Positions 25,461-38,230 of a stretch of 64,000 nucleotides of DNA are shown one piece after another. Position numbers and translations under genes: made by a program. The stretch's first letter is position 1; each line of letters starts with the position of its first letter. Source of the stretch: Octopus sinensis (Eukaryota); the NCBI RefSeq assembly GCF_006345805.1, contig NC_043004.1, forward strand, positions 56,730,001 to 56,794,000, given 5' to 3'. The notes beneath the pieces are model-generated. The model did not search any database. It had not been told where the DNA came from and worked only from the letters and a program-made list of their open reading frames with translations.

Positions 25461-26474
25461 GGATCTTTTCACTTTGTCCAGCAGATTTTTTAAATAATTT
25501 CTTTGTAACTAAGCACTTTTAAACTTCGTATACTGGTAGTGTGTTACATAAAACATCTTTTTCTCAAGGCTTTCTTGAGAACAGTTTGTAGTTTGTAAGC
25601 TATTTGTTGTTTAATTTCTTGTATTTCGGCAATTTCAACCAATCAATGACGTCTATTGAGGTGAATACAATTTCTGCGGTTCTGTGTCAACAACAATTAT
25701 TTGCGGTGTCATATCAGTTTGTCACTGTTATTTATGAGAAAAAGGTACCCTTCCCCCACCCCTAACCCTAACCATACCCATAACCCTAACCCCACATATA
25801 TAAAAAATTAAAAATTTTACGGAAAGTGACGATTTTCAAATGTAAACAAATACACGTGTGTGGCCATAAACTGAGGGGTCACTCGTAAACAGAGCTGGAT
25901 AACAAAACCGTTCCCTATTTAGTGTCCACCCATAATTATGACCCTAGTATCGATCTATTGCATTTCAATCTCATTTAGGGTTATGGTTAGAGTTAGTGGT
26001 GGGGGGAAGGGTATCTTTTTTCTTCAGAAATGTAAATAAACGCAAACTGTTTTTTAAAAGAGTATGTAATATGTGTATCTGTGCAATAGATAGGGAAATT
26101 AAAACTGCATATGTTGTGAACTTAGAATGTGTGTTTATTAATAAAAGTTTAATAACGATAATATTTTATTCATACGAACGTAACAGATATGAAATATGTC
26201 ATAAATAACAGTGACAAACTGACGTGACACAGCAAATAATTTTTGTTGACAAAGAACCGCAGAAATTGTATTCACCTCAAAAGACGTCATTGATTGGTTG
26301 AAATTGCCGAAATGCAAGAAATTAAACAACAAATAGCTTATAAACTACAGAATCTTCTCAAGAAAGCCAAGAGAAAAGATGTTTTATGTAACACACTACT
26401 AGTATACGAAGTTTAAAAGTGTTTATTTACAAATAAATTATTTAAAAAATCTGCCGGTCAAAGGGAAAAGATCC
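25461..26474. mobile_element. MULE/Mutator-like MITE with about 280-bp TIRs and internal telomere-like repeats
   Basis: TIRs 25461-25738 and 26199-26474 (GGATCTTTTC...GAAAAGATCC), 9-bp TSD tgagtcagt/tgagtcggt, inner inverted pair with CCCTAA/TTAGGG-like units at 25739-25793 and 25975-26021. Confidence 0.88.
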
Positions 26475-27199
26475 TGAGTCGGTGATCTTCAAAGCTGTTA
26501 CAACAGCTCTAGTATAAGGCTCAAAGCGATTGTATAAATGCATAAATCAAAGTATTAATGAGAGTATGTATAAACACAGACACATAGACGCACAGACAGA
26601 AAAGCGCGCGCATACTTGTGTTTGTGATTCCATGTTTGTTTAAGATTATTATTTTTAAATAATTCTGAATATAGGAGAATATTTACTGATGAGAAGTAAA
26701 TACTGAAATTCTAAATGTAGAATCAAATTAATTGTAAAATTCTTTATGATTGGCATTATAAGTTTCGCTTGAGGCCTCATTGAACGAATAATATTTACTG
26801 TGTAAACATCAGAAAGAAATTTTTCCTTCATTGGTTGAATAAGCCGTCGTTTATTTTTTTTATGTAAGACTGATGTATATATGTACACATATCCTAATTT
26901 ATATACATATATGCACACACGCGCGTGGGCAACCCCCCGCAACAAACACACACACACACACACACGCACGCTCGCACACATACACACGCTCACACACACA
27001 TGCACAAACTCACAGACAAACATATGTATACTGATATAAGCATGCCTTTATAGACACACATATATACGTACATCTAGATATAATGTTGGCACATGTGTAT
27101 GTGTGTATATATAAATATGCATGTATGCATGAATGTAAGTTGTCTTCTAATATTAATTATTAGAAATCTTCTTAAACGGAAGCAGCTAGTTGGGATGAC

Positions 27200-28150
27200 T
27201 GCTACTCAACTCTGCTCTGCTACTCTAGTCTACTCGAAGGCCGCGGCCATGCTGGGGCACCGAGTTACCATGTTGAATTCTTTACTGAAGCCCTAACACG
27301 TACTGAGTGTCACTTAGACATTTATTTACAGAACCAGCTACACCAAATATTATTGGTATAAATACGAATTTATAATGTGGGTATATAACCCAAAGATTTC
27401 GGACCAGTTGTCCATAGTTATCCTTAGCTTCAATCGTTTCAGGAAATATTCATATCAGTAGTACAACTGACCTCTATGACGGTCCATAATCTTTCTTCTC
27501 TGTCCCAAACAACGATACTCGTCCTGTTGTTTGCACACCTGACTGATATTTGGACCGGAATATTTCAACAGCATTCTCAGTATTGATGTCTGTCTATAGA
27601 GCCAACTACAGGGGTAATTCTCTATATTTAAACTGAGATGGTTCTCTTTCTCAAATGCTATTGCATATTGTTTTGGCGTCAACGTCATAAAGGATAGAGA
27701 TGAAGGCACAGAGATGATGTCATATATCCAGCTGCCTCATTGTTTTGCTCATTAGGTATTCATAGCAACCTTCTGTTTTTGGAACACTAAGACATAGCCT
27801 TCGAAGTGTTATATGATGTAGCGGTCATGAGTCCAAGAGGTGCAGCACGCCGTGTCGATATCACTGTCTACTTCAAGTTATCGAGAAAGATACCTATGCA
27901 TAGTCTTCTCTGGGCACGCTGAACGTTTCACATTCAATTCTTTTTTGAAATATGTTAGTCTGGTTATTTCGGGAGCTATATGGGGGACCACTATGATGTA
28001 AGTGCTTCTTGAGGCAATTACACGTAAAATGCGTTTCGCCTCGCTTTTCAGCACTACGTTAACGTATTTATGTTTGCTGCTGTTGGTCACCAGATGCTAT
28101 ATGATTGAGATAATACGAAATGGGAAAGCTCTCTGCACTGATCTCAAACA
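27200..28150 (-). pseudogene. Old CR1-group LINE 3' fragment
   Basis: Tail motif cggtgccccagcatggccgc (reverse complement at about 27241-27262), upstream decayed HLYPL*R*R..YAI (cf. KLYSLERRRERYAI) and KRILRVI (cf. WILRTF). Confidence 0.55.
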
Positions 28151-28589
28151 TCTCCCACCATCATTTGTCTGCCTGTCTACCTCTGTGTGTGTCTGTCTGC
28201 GTGTTTGTGTGTCTGAATGTATGTATCTGAGTGCAATTGTGTTCTACACGGACCAAGCCAGTATAATTCGATTTACCTCTGCATCTCATGTGTCAACCAG
28301 CAGCATGCAAGTATATTTAGTGAAAAACTGACTAAATATAACTCACAGTGATAACTTAACGAAAATTTAGTTGGTACATTATACTTATTCTATTAAACTT
28401 CATTGGCATTCGTTTCACTGTTTAGTCATGTTATAAAATGTCCCGACACACTCAGCGTGACGCACACGTCTGAACTGACAGTCAACGTTATAAACACTCT
28501 CACGACAAACCTTCCACCTCGATGTTAATTGTTGCTGCAGGCATCAATCTATAGCGTTCACGGTGCAACCCTCTTTATATATATCTATT

Positions 28590-28985
28590 CTTCTTTTCTC
28601 TTATTCTTTTAGTTGTATCAGTCATTTGACTGCGGCCGTACTGGAGCACAGCCTTTAGTCGAGCAAATTGACCCCAGTACTAGTCTTTGTAAGACTAGTA
28701 CTTATTCTGTCGGTCTATCTTACCGAGCAGCTAAGTAACGGGAACGTAGACACACTACTGTCGGTTGTCAAGCGACTTTGGGGGACAAAGACAGCCACAC
28801 AAACATATAAATACACACACACACACACACACACATACGACGGGCTTCTTTCAGTTTCCGCCTACCAAGACCACTCACAAGGCTTTGATCGACCCGAGGC
28901 TTTAGTAGAAAAACACTTGCCCAAGGTGCCACGTAGTAGGACTGAACTCGGAATCATGTGGTTGGAGGCAAGCTACTTACCACGC
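28590..28985 (-). mobile_element. SINE family A, diverged
   Basis: Reverse-complement homology to the 5813 copy. Confidence 0.85.
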
Positions 28986-29974
28986 ACACATTCACATATA
29001 TATATACACGTGCACACACAAACACACACACACACACACATATATATGTGGAGGGAGAGAGAGAGAAAGAATGAAAGAGAGAGAGAAATGTGAAAGAGAG
29101 ATACACTTACATGATTAGCAAATCTTGCCATTTTCTAGAAATTTTTAGAGTAATCAATCCACTGACTAATATATTCCCCCCCCGTATCTATCCACCCCTC
29201 CACCTTTGACCATGACTGTGAACTAATGTTGTCTCTATTTCTATGGAAAGAATAAATGTATGTGTGAAGAGAATATTTATATTTGCATATCACGTATAGA
29301 TTTAACCAGTTTCACCTTGTAAGCAATGGTTTTCGTATTGGGCGCTAATGTTGTTGAAACTCGGGGCGATATGTATAGAGATTATTGTAAAACCCATGAC
29401 TTGAGGGAATATTTACGACACAGTAGAATTTGATAACTAAATTATTGAATATTTAAGCTGTTTTCGACAAATAGTTTTTCTAAAAATAATTTGGAATAAT
29501 TTGCTAAAGCTTATTAAATATAAAGATTAAAAAAGACATTTGCATAAATTTGGTATTCTTTATAATTTTATGTAATTTCATTTTTCTTTATGCAATTATA
29601 TAGTTGCGAATCTGTACCGGAATTAACAATTGCTGTACAAACCATCCAGACAGAACAAATATATCGATCATTCTATTAATTTATTGCCACCCGTCGCACC
29701 TATATTTTTCCGTTAGTTATAAGTTTCTCAACTTAAATGTACATATACACATATACATAAACCACCCTTCTTACCACATGCATGCATTCATAATATATAC
29801 ATACATACATACGTACATACATACATATTGTCTAAAACAACAAATACATTGAGTAGTAAGTTCGATATATTATTTACAATACTAGCGCTGCTTCTGATAC
29901 ATATTTTAACGAAAACATACACAAGCATATATATGTACATATACATATATAGTCGTGTATATATACATACATAT

Positions 29975-30145
29975 GCGGTGACGCGTGGTGGGGTTGTTGC
30001 ACTCCTCAGCGGTTTCGATTCCTGGACCGATTGGTGCGTTGTGTTTTTTGAGAGGCTAAACCCTGTATTTCGCGTTGCTTCACACTGCACTCTGCGGAAA
30101 ATGAGTAAACCTGTTACGACGGCCGCATCTGGCTAGTTTGGCGGA
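29975..30145 (+). mobile_element. Degenerate tRNA-derived SINE (fourth type)
   Basis: B-box ggtttcgattcct followed by gttgtgttttttgag...aaatgagtaaacctg; embedded in TA repeats. Confidence 0.4.
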
Positions 30146-30162
30146 ATATATATTGTGTATAT

Positions 30163-30232
<70 letters not shown>

Positions 30233-30236
<4 letters not shown>

Positions 30237-31053
30237 TTTGATACTTTGATACTTTGATAGGTTTCGGCCATTATTGGCCCAGGCCATGTCTAACTTAATA
30301 GCACCACCTGGTGAAGTCTTTCAAGTCAGAATTTGGGCACTATGGCCCACTCAAGTAGAGAGTTATTGTTTACAGAGACATATCCGGGTGTAGGGGGTTT
30401 ATCCGGGATTTCTTGAAGGAATCTGTCCAAGACTTCTTGAACCCTATAGGGTCTTTTCTGTTTTATGTGTTTTGGTGTAATGTTAAGAGAGCGGGGCCAA
30501 TTGAGGTGAAATAATTGTGCCGTATTTTGTTATGAGATGAGAGTGCGATTTTTGTTTTGGCGGATGGCACGGGGCCAAGCCTTGGATGTACCTTAAAGGT
30601 GATGCCAACATCATTTGGGCAATGCTGATGGAATATTCACATCATGCAGATGATGTAGCGCTCACGACGACGTTGGAGAGAATAGAGTTTTTAGCTTTTC
30701 TAGTCGACCCCAATAGTCGAGGCCTGTCATCCATCTATCTTTTTTGTGATTGCCCTTTGAGGTGCTTCACTTTTATGATACCTTGTATTGTGTGGGGAGA
30801 CCACAGTGGACAACAGTATTCAAGTGGGGTCGGGCAAAAGGGAGAAGAGAAGGATAATGGTGTGGATATCTCTCGACTGGAAATTTCTGAGAATCCAGGA
30901 ACACATTCTGCGGGCCATGTCAACTTTGGTGTTATATGAGTGGCCCAGCTTACGTTGTTGTCCACAATTACTCCCAAGTCTCTGATGTTGTTGGACGCCG
31001 CGCGAGTTTCACCTGAAGGAAGGGAGTATGGGAGTTTCAGGGCATCCTCTTTT
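30233..31053 (-). mobile_element. CR1-group LINE 3' fragment (second lineage), cut by the assembly gap
   Basis: RDLGVIVDNNVSW, LEYCCPLWSPH, LKLYSLQRRRERY, DRFLQEIPDKPPTPGY; 3' (tatcaaag)n tail running into (TA)n. Confidence 0.88.
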
Positions 31054-31153
31054 NNNNNNNNNNNNNNNNNNNNNNNNNNNNNNNNNNNNNNNNNNNNNNN
31101 NNNNNNNNNNNNNNNNNNNNNNNNNNNNNNNNNNNNNNNNNNNNNNNNNNNNN
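31054..31153. other. Assembly gap (100 N)
   Basis: Run of n. Confidence 0.99.
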
Positions 31154-31845
31154 TTAAATAACGTTTTTATCCACACTCTAATATAATATTAATATTGCTA
31201 ATATATTTTCAGATACTCTATCTCCTAATTAGCCTTAAGATTAAATAACGTTTTTATCCACACTCTAACTAATATAATTAATTAATAACTATATATTTTC
31301 AGATACTCTATCTCCTAATTAGCCTTAAGATTAAATAACGTTTTTATCCACACTCTAATATAATATTAATATTGCTAATATATTTTCAGATACTCTATCT
31401 CCTAATTAGCCTTAAGATTAAATAACGTTTTTATCCACACTCTAATATAATATTAATATTGCTAATATATTTTCAGATACTCTATCTCCTAATTAGCCTT
31501 AAGATTAAATAACGTTTTTACCCACACTCTAATATAATATTAATATTGCCAATATATTTTCAGATACTCTATCTCCTAATTAACCTTAAGATTAAATAAC
31601 GTTTTTATCCACACTCTAATATAATATTAATATTGCTAATATATTTTCAGATACTCTATCTCCTAATTAGCCTTAAGATTAAATAACGTTTTTATCCACA
31701 CTATAATATAATATTAATATTGCTAATACATTTTCAGATACTCTATCCCCTAATTAGCCTTAAGATTAAATAACGTTTTTACCCACAAACTTTAATATTG
31801 TTAATATTTCTTTTTCAAGTACTCTATCTTCTAATTAGCCTTAAT
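31154..31845 (+). repeat. 87-bp tandem array (about 8 units visible) directly upstream of LINE ORF1
   Basis: Unit ttaaataacgtttttatccacactctaatataatattaatattgctaatatattttcagatactctatctcctaattagccttaaga starts at 31154, 31241, 31331, 31418, 31505, 31592, 31679 and 31766. Confidence 0.95.
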
Positions 31846-31905
31846 ATCTTCCTGTCTTCTCTCGAACATAATTAGATAGATAAACGGATAGACGGATTAT
31901 CCAGC

Positions 31906-32817
31906 ATGTCCAGAGCATGGAGACCCGACGAGCTGGATTTATTCGTACAAGCATGGGGGTGCGCCGGCGGAGATAGCCCTAGCGAGGTGATTGCGGCTGC
32001 GCTGAAGAGGAGAGGCTACAAGAGGACAGCGGCTCAGATGGAGCGAAAGAGACAGGAATTCGTGCGCTCATATGCGCTTGTACGGTCGCACATTGGCGCA
32101 CTTGATGCCATCTTTGAGGACGAGCGGGGCAAAGATGGCAAGAATGGAGACGATGAAAGAAGTCACCCCCACCTGGTGGACGCCCGGGAGGAGGTTTTGA
32201 ATGAGAAACCTGCCCGGGAAGTGAACCCAGGTGCAAGTTCTCCAACCGGCAGCAAGGGCCATGGAAACGGAGAACCCGGTGAAGAGGTAGAGGGAGGAAG
32301 AAGAACTAAAAGAAGGACTGGAAGAGCTAGAGGAAAAGAAAAAGCTTAAGCAGGACCAAAGGGTGAAAAAACCAGGAATAGAAGTGGAACCGCAAAAGAT
32401 GGAACCAAACAGCGCACACAGGTGTGTATGTTCTACCTGAGAGGTTCCTGCTGGCATGGAAAGGAAGGTGCAGGCTGCCGCTTTGTACATCGGGGACCCT
32501 GCCACAGAGACACGAGGCAGATGGACAAACCATCAACAAAAAGAAAAGGGATGGACCACGCACCACCTGCCCCAAAGCGGAGGTACGCAGATGTTGTGCG
32601 CGCCACAAACCGCCAACATGATGTTGTCGAAAGGGCAGCTGCTGAGCAACAATCTTTTTTGTACATAGCACAAAAGATTGTACAGCAGCTGACCTGGCTT
32701 CATCAAACCCAAGCCCGCAGGTGGGACTACCCACTATATACCAGACCACCACAGCAAACAGACACAGGATGGACACCGCCGGTAACAACGTACACCTCAC
32801 CTCGATGCTCCTACTGA
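31906..32817 (+). pseudogene. LINE ORF1: Myb/SANT-like (trihelix) N-terminal domain, charged linker, CCCH zinc finger; interrupted by a stop at 32347-32349 or by compensating indels
   Basis: W.PDE..LF...W...SEVIAAALKRRGYKRTAAQ...K...F..SY matches the Myb/SANT-like pattern. CMFYLRGSCWHGKEGAGCRFVH is C-x7-C-x8-C-x3-H. Both track ORFs (31906, 32422) are in the same frame. Confidence 0.7.
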
Positions 32818-35751
32818 ACATCAGAGGACTGCAAACACTCAGTAACAGGACAAAGATCCCGTTCCTGAGAGACCTTGTTGCATGCAATCAAGCCTTATGC
32901 ATAGCACTTACGGAAACGCACCTGAAACCGGACATAGCAGATGCGGAGTTACACATACCACAGTATGCTGTACTACGGACCGACAGGAAAGAAAGGAGTC
33001 ATGGAGGTGTTGCTATGTACATCCGTGAGGACCTCACACCCCAGGTCCTCTTGTCATACTTGTGACACGCTAATTGTACATATTAGGCAACTTGATGTAG
33101 CTGTGTGTGCTACATATCGCCCTCCTGTGTGTGCTACATATCGCCCATGTGGGCAAGTTTGAAGACTGCCTTATAAAAATAGAAGTTCTAACCACATTAG
33201 AACAACACATAGGTGTGCTTCTTATGGGAGACTTCAATCTGCCCAATGTCAGATGGCCCGAGGGCCGTTCTCTCCCAGGAATGACAAGATGTGAACGAGG
33301 ACAGGCGAGGTCCCTCCTGAACCTCATCAACACCCTGTACATGGAGCAGGTAATACTCCAACCAACCAGGGCAGGTAACACACTGGATCTCTGCTTCACA
33401 AATGACATGGATCTCATCCATAATGTGAAAGTGACACCGACACTACTCTCGGATCACAACATGATAGAGCTGACCATGTACGGGCCAAAAGAGAGCACGG
33501 ACATGCAGCCTACAAAAACCCTCAAAATCTTTCCAGCTTGAACTACCATAAGGCAAACTGGAAACAATTGAGAAAGAGATCCTCAAACAAAACTGGCCTA
33601 AATGTCTCTCCTCGCCAGACATCGACGTGAAACTTCAACAATTCATGTCTGTAATGCAAGCCATATGCTACAAATGTGTCCCAGAGAGAAAGGCCACTGT
33701 ACACAAGAACAAAAATCCCCAGAGAGAGGAAATTTTAATGAGACGGCGTACGAAATTTTCAAATCGCCTAAACAAACAGATGAAAGCAGTGAAAAGTCCC
33801 GCCTAAAAATAAAACTGTTGGAAATCGAAAAATGTCTGCAACTCTCCCATGAAAAAGAAAGAGCAGACATAGAAGCCTGGGCTATAGAAAACATAAAATC
33901 TAACCCCAGAGCTTTCTAAGGTATGCCAAAGAAACAGCTACAGTGCACTGTAGAATAGGGCCACTCCTCGAAAAGGATGGCACACTTACAGGAAAACCAA
34001 TGAGGGTAAGTGAAATACTGAATGAGCAATTCAAGAGTGTTTTCACTCCACCCCTTGGGCATCTCCAAATCACCAATCCAACTGATTTTTTACCACTGCA
34101 GATATAAAATCAGAGCGGCGACGATAGATTACATCGATATAAAGGAAGACGATGTAACCAAGGCTTATAGATGAAATGAAAACAGACTCAGCTACTGGCC
34201 CCGATGGATTCCCGCAATCCTCCTAAAAGCATGTAAGAGAGTCCTAGCAAGACCACTGCAGTTCCTCTTTCAGAGCTTCCTTGCAGCTGGCAAACTTCCA
34301 GGAAAACTGAAGGAAGGTAAAATATGCCCCATTCATAAAGGATGTAGCAGAGCGGAAGCCAAGAACTATAGACCTATCTCTCTGACCTCACACATCAGCA
34401 AGGTCATGGAACGAATAGTCAGAAGGAAGCTGGTCACCTCCTTGAAGAGAATGACTTGCTGCCCGACACACAACATGGTTTCCGACCAGGGAGAAGCTGT
34501 TTAACTCAGCTCCTACAACACTATGACTGGGTGCTGAAACGGCCGCTCAACCACTCAAATGTGGAAGTGATATATCTCGACTTTGCAAAGGCCTTTGATA
34601 AAGTCGATCATGGAATGATATGTCACAACTGCGTTGATCTCAACATAGTTGGAAAACTGGGAGAATGGCTTCATGACTTTCTGAAGGATAGAAGTCAGGT
34701 GGTAGTAGCCAATGGGGCCACTTCCATTAACACACAAATAGTGAGCGGTGTTCCGCAGGGCACTGTTCTGGGACCACTACTGTTCATAATGGCCCTCTCA
34801 GACATGCCCTCAGCCACGCAGAGAGCCACGATCACAAGGTATGCAGATGATACAAAAGTTTCGCAGGCAATACAGAACCCTGAGGACACTAAACACCTGC
34901 AATGTGAGCTGGACGAAATATACAAGTGGGCTGAAAAGAATAGCATGCAGTTCAATGCTGGAAAGTTTCAAGCTTTATACTATCAGCATGCAAAACTGAA
35001 TGCAATACCCAATGAATACACTGGACCCGGAGGGATTGCAATCCCAGAGGCACAATCAGTGCGTGACCTGGGTATTCACATGAGTGATGACGCGACCATT
35101 CATGCACATGTTGCTAAACTGACAATGAAATGTAGACGGCTGGCTGGATGGATTCTAAGAACCTTTAGAACAAGAGAACAAGAAACCATGATGGTCCTCT
35201 GGAAGACACTTGTCCTAAGCCACTTTGACTATTGCTCTCAGCTATGGTCACCATCCAGTGTCAAGTTGATCACAGAACTTGAGGCGATCCAACGAAGCTA
35301 CACGAAGAAGATAGCCTCTGTGCAGAATGTAAACTACTGGGAAAGACTCAAGAGATTAAAATTATATTCCCTGGAGCGTAGGCGGGAAAGATATGCCATA
35401 ATATACATCTGGAAGATTCTGGAGGGAAGTGCCCTGAACTTTGGCATAGAGAGTAACGCAAATGCCAGAACTGGGCGCCACTGCGTGGTGCCTAGGACTC
35501 CAAACTTGCCATCAAGATGTAGGACAAGATTCTGTGATAGCCTGGGCTTCCGAGGCCCACAGCTCTTCAATATCCTCCCGAAGAACCTGAGAGACCTGCA
35601 TGGGGTGGATACAGATGTCTTTAAAATGAAGCTGGATCTCTTCCTGTCAGGTGTCCCAGATGAACCAACTTCACGGCAGGAGGGGCAGATGAGGGCAGCT
35701 GCATCGAACTCTCTCATGCACCAAATAGCAGTTGCTAGAAAGCCTCCATGA
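32769..35751 (+). pseudogene. LINE ORF2 (APE endonuclease and reverse transcriptase), multiply frameshifted
   Basis: [38 protein letters not shown] (APE); GPDG, NYRPISLTS, QHGFRPGRSC, YADD (RT). Confidence 0.92.
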
Positions 35752-35850
35752 AGTGAAACCAAGTAGCAACACCAAATGGCGGTGCCCCAGCATGGCCACA
35801 GCTCATAACCTGAAACTGGAAAAATCAAAAATCAAAATCAAATCAAATCT

Positions 35851-36132
35851 ATATATATACATATATATATATATACACACATATATATATTATATATATT
35901 ATATACATAATATATATACATATATATATATACATATATATATATACATATATATATATTATATATATATAACATATATATATATATAGATACATTATAT
36001 ATATACACATATATATATATACATATGTATACATACATATATATATATACATACATATATAATAACATATATATATATAATATACATTATATATATATAT
36101 ATAATATTATATATAACATATATATATATATA

Positions 36133-36181
<49 letters not shown>

Positions 36182-36270
36182 CATATATATATAATAATAT
36201 ATATATATATATATATTATTTAATATATTATATATATAATATATACATAATATATATATATATATATAAA
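35851..36270. repeat. (TA)n-rich array after the LINE tail
   Basis: Direct reading. Confidence 0.95.
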
Positions 36271-37039
36271 TCAATTTACCATTGAGTGAATTACTTCACG
36301 CAAATAGCAAATAAATTTCAGTGATATTAAAATTTCAAATTTAGAACATAACAACTTATAGCTTATTTATATCTCATAGTTACAGTGTGTGCACTCCATT
36401 CAAATCCCTCTCCACATATACATTCACACATTAATACGCATATACGTATATGTAAATAACTTATATGATAGTTTATCTATATGCAGTAACATCACGTATG
36501 CATTTCTCAACATTAAATCATTGAAATTGCTTTTCAGTTACATTTAAATGACAAATGTGACGTTATAAATGAAAATATATTTTGCCATAATTGATCATAT
36601 TCTATCATATACTGTAATAGACGGCAATAGATGTTGGAATACATGAAATTAAGAATGTATGAAAAGTTGTTAATATGAGTACGTGTGAATTAGCGAATTG
36701 TGATATCGTGACTAATTTGGATTCCAATGCTGTTTGTACTGCAAATTACATCCATATTTCACAGTATAAAGTTAATAATTCCACGTCATTCTTTCGATTC
36801 CGTTATTAGATATATTTCATAATTAGTATTCTTTCTTTTTCTCCATGGAATTATTCATAAACACGTTTATATTTGTTGTGATCTCTTTGAGTTCAGTTAT
36901 TAGGACAATATTGATTTGGTAAGAAATGAGGAAATAACGCAACGAGCGTAGGCATAATGTTCTCTACATACAAATGTACACACCTTTATGTATAATATAT
37001 ATATATCTTCATATATATATATACATACATATATATATG

Positions 37040-37070
<31 letters not shown>

Positions 37071-37114
37071 ACATACATAATAAATACACACACACGTATA
37101 TATACATAAATATG

Positions 37115-37158
<44 letters not shown>

Positions 37159-37544
37159 ACATACATAATAAATACACACACACGTATATATACATATATA
37201 AATATATATATATGTATATATATATTTATACATATATATATACATACAGGCAGGTACACAATTAAAAATAATCACGTGTCTTTCAGTATGCGTTCGTATA
37301 GTGTGTGTGTGGGAGTGTCTGTCTGTCTGTTTCATTGTATAATTAATAGTTTGGACTCTGTGGACACTTCCGTTTTGGTTGAGCATTTATCCACATGGGA
37401 ATTCATGTAATTTCCGCCTAAATCCGTCAAATTAGCGCAAACATTGAAACATCTATTAGCACGTAATTATTTACTGGTAGAATTCGGCATGTAAATATAA
37501 CCATTAGCGCCAGGAACTTCTGTGAAGTTCAGTATATATATATT

Positions 37545-38192
37545 GTATATAAATAGAAGGGGCAGGCAACATGTTGCTTAGCCGCATACCGAAAAAATCA
37601 GAAATAGCAGTCGGAGACTGTTTATTTCTATTTTCTACCAAGTGGGACTCCACGTACGACATATCCCTGCAATTCACATATGCAAAACTGAAGGAATAAA
37701 CCATTGAAAATCCATCGAAGAAATTATTTACTCTTATTATTATATTACTAATTGGAATTTTCACTCCCTTACGACAACCCATAGTTTCTACCCGTAAGGA
37801 ACTATTCTTGTAATGCGCATGGCAAAATGTTGGAGGGAAAATTTACGGATTCAATTGTCTATATAGGTGTAGCCTATGCTCGCTTTCTTCCACTATCTTA
37901 ATGTCACCTGATCAGAGATGGAGGTACGTAGCATTTGATAAATCTATGGAAGGCTGAGCTGACGAAATACATGAAATATATTTTCATATTTCTAATCTAG
38001 AAACATGTTCGCAAATAACTGTTAGGCTTTGTTTTCGTTATTTATTCCTTCTGTTTTGCATATGTGAATTGCAGGGATATGTCGCATGTGGAGTCCCACT
38101 TGTAGAAAATAGAAATAAACAGTCTCCGACTGCTATTTCTAATTTTTTCGGTATGCGGCTAAGCAACCTGTTGCCTGTCCCTTCTATTTATA

Positions 38193-38195
<3 letters not shown>
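37545..38195. mobile_element. MITE/fold-back element with about 155-bp inverted arms in (TA)n
   Basis: gtatataaatagaagggg...gaaggaataaa (37545-37700) is mirrored by tttattcctt...ccttctatttatatac (38041-38195). Confidence 0.85.

Positions 38196-38230
<35 letters not shown>

Larger units (their letters stand above)
31154..35850 (+). mobile_element. Near full-length CR1-group LINE (5' monomers, ORF1, ORF2, short 3' UTR, (AAAATC)n tail)
   Basis: Colinear ORF1, APE endonuclease, RT (YLDFAKAFDKV, GVPQGTVLGPLLF, YADD) and tandem-repeat tail. A sister copy lies at 49147-52222. Confidence 0.92.

Noticed and set aside
25760-25793. CCCTAA repeats as a chromosome end or fusion scar
   Set aside because: Only a few degenerate units, located inside a TIR element with a TSD.
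31154-31845. Regular repeat array as a possible CRISPR
   Set aside because: Units are contiguous 87-bp tandem copies with no unique spacers, there are no cas genes, and the context is eukaryotic.
35795-35816. Stem followed by GAAAC in LINE and SINE tails as a hammerhead
   Set aside because: No CUGANGA-like strand or stem I upstream; better explained as the RT recognition stem-loop.
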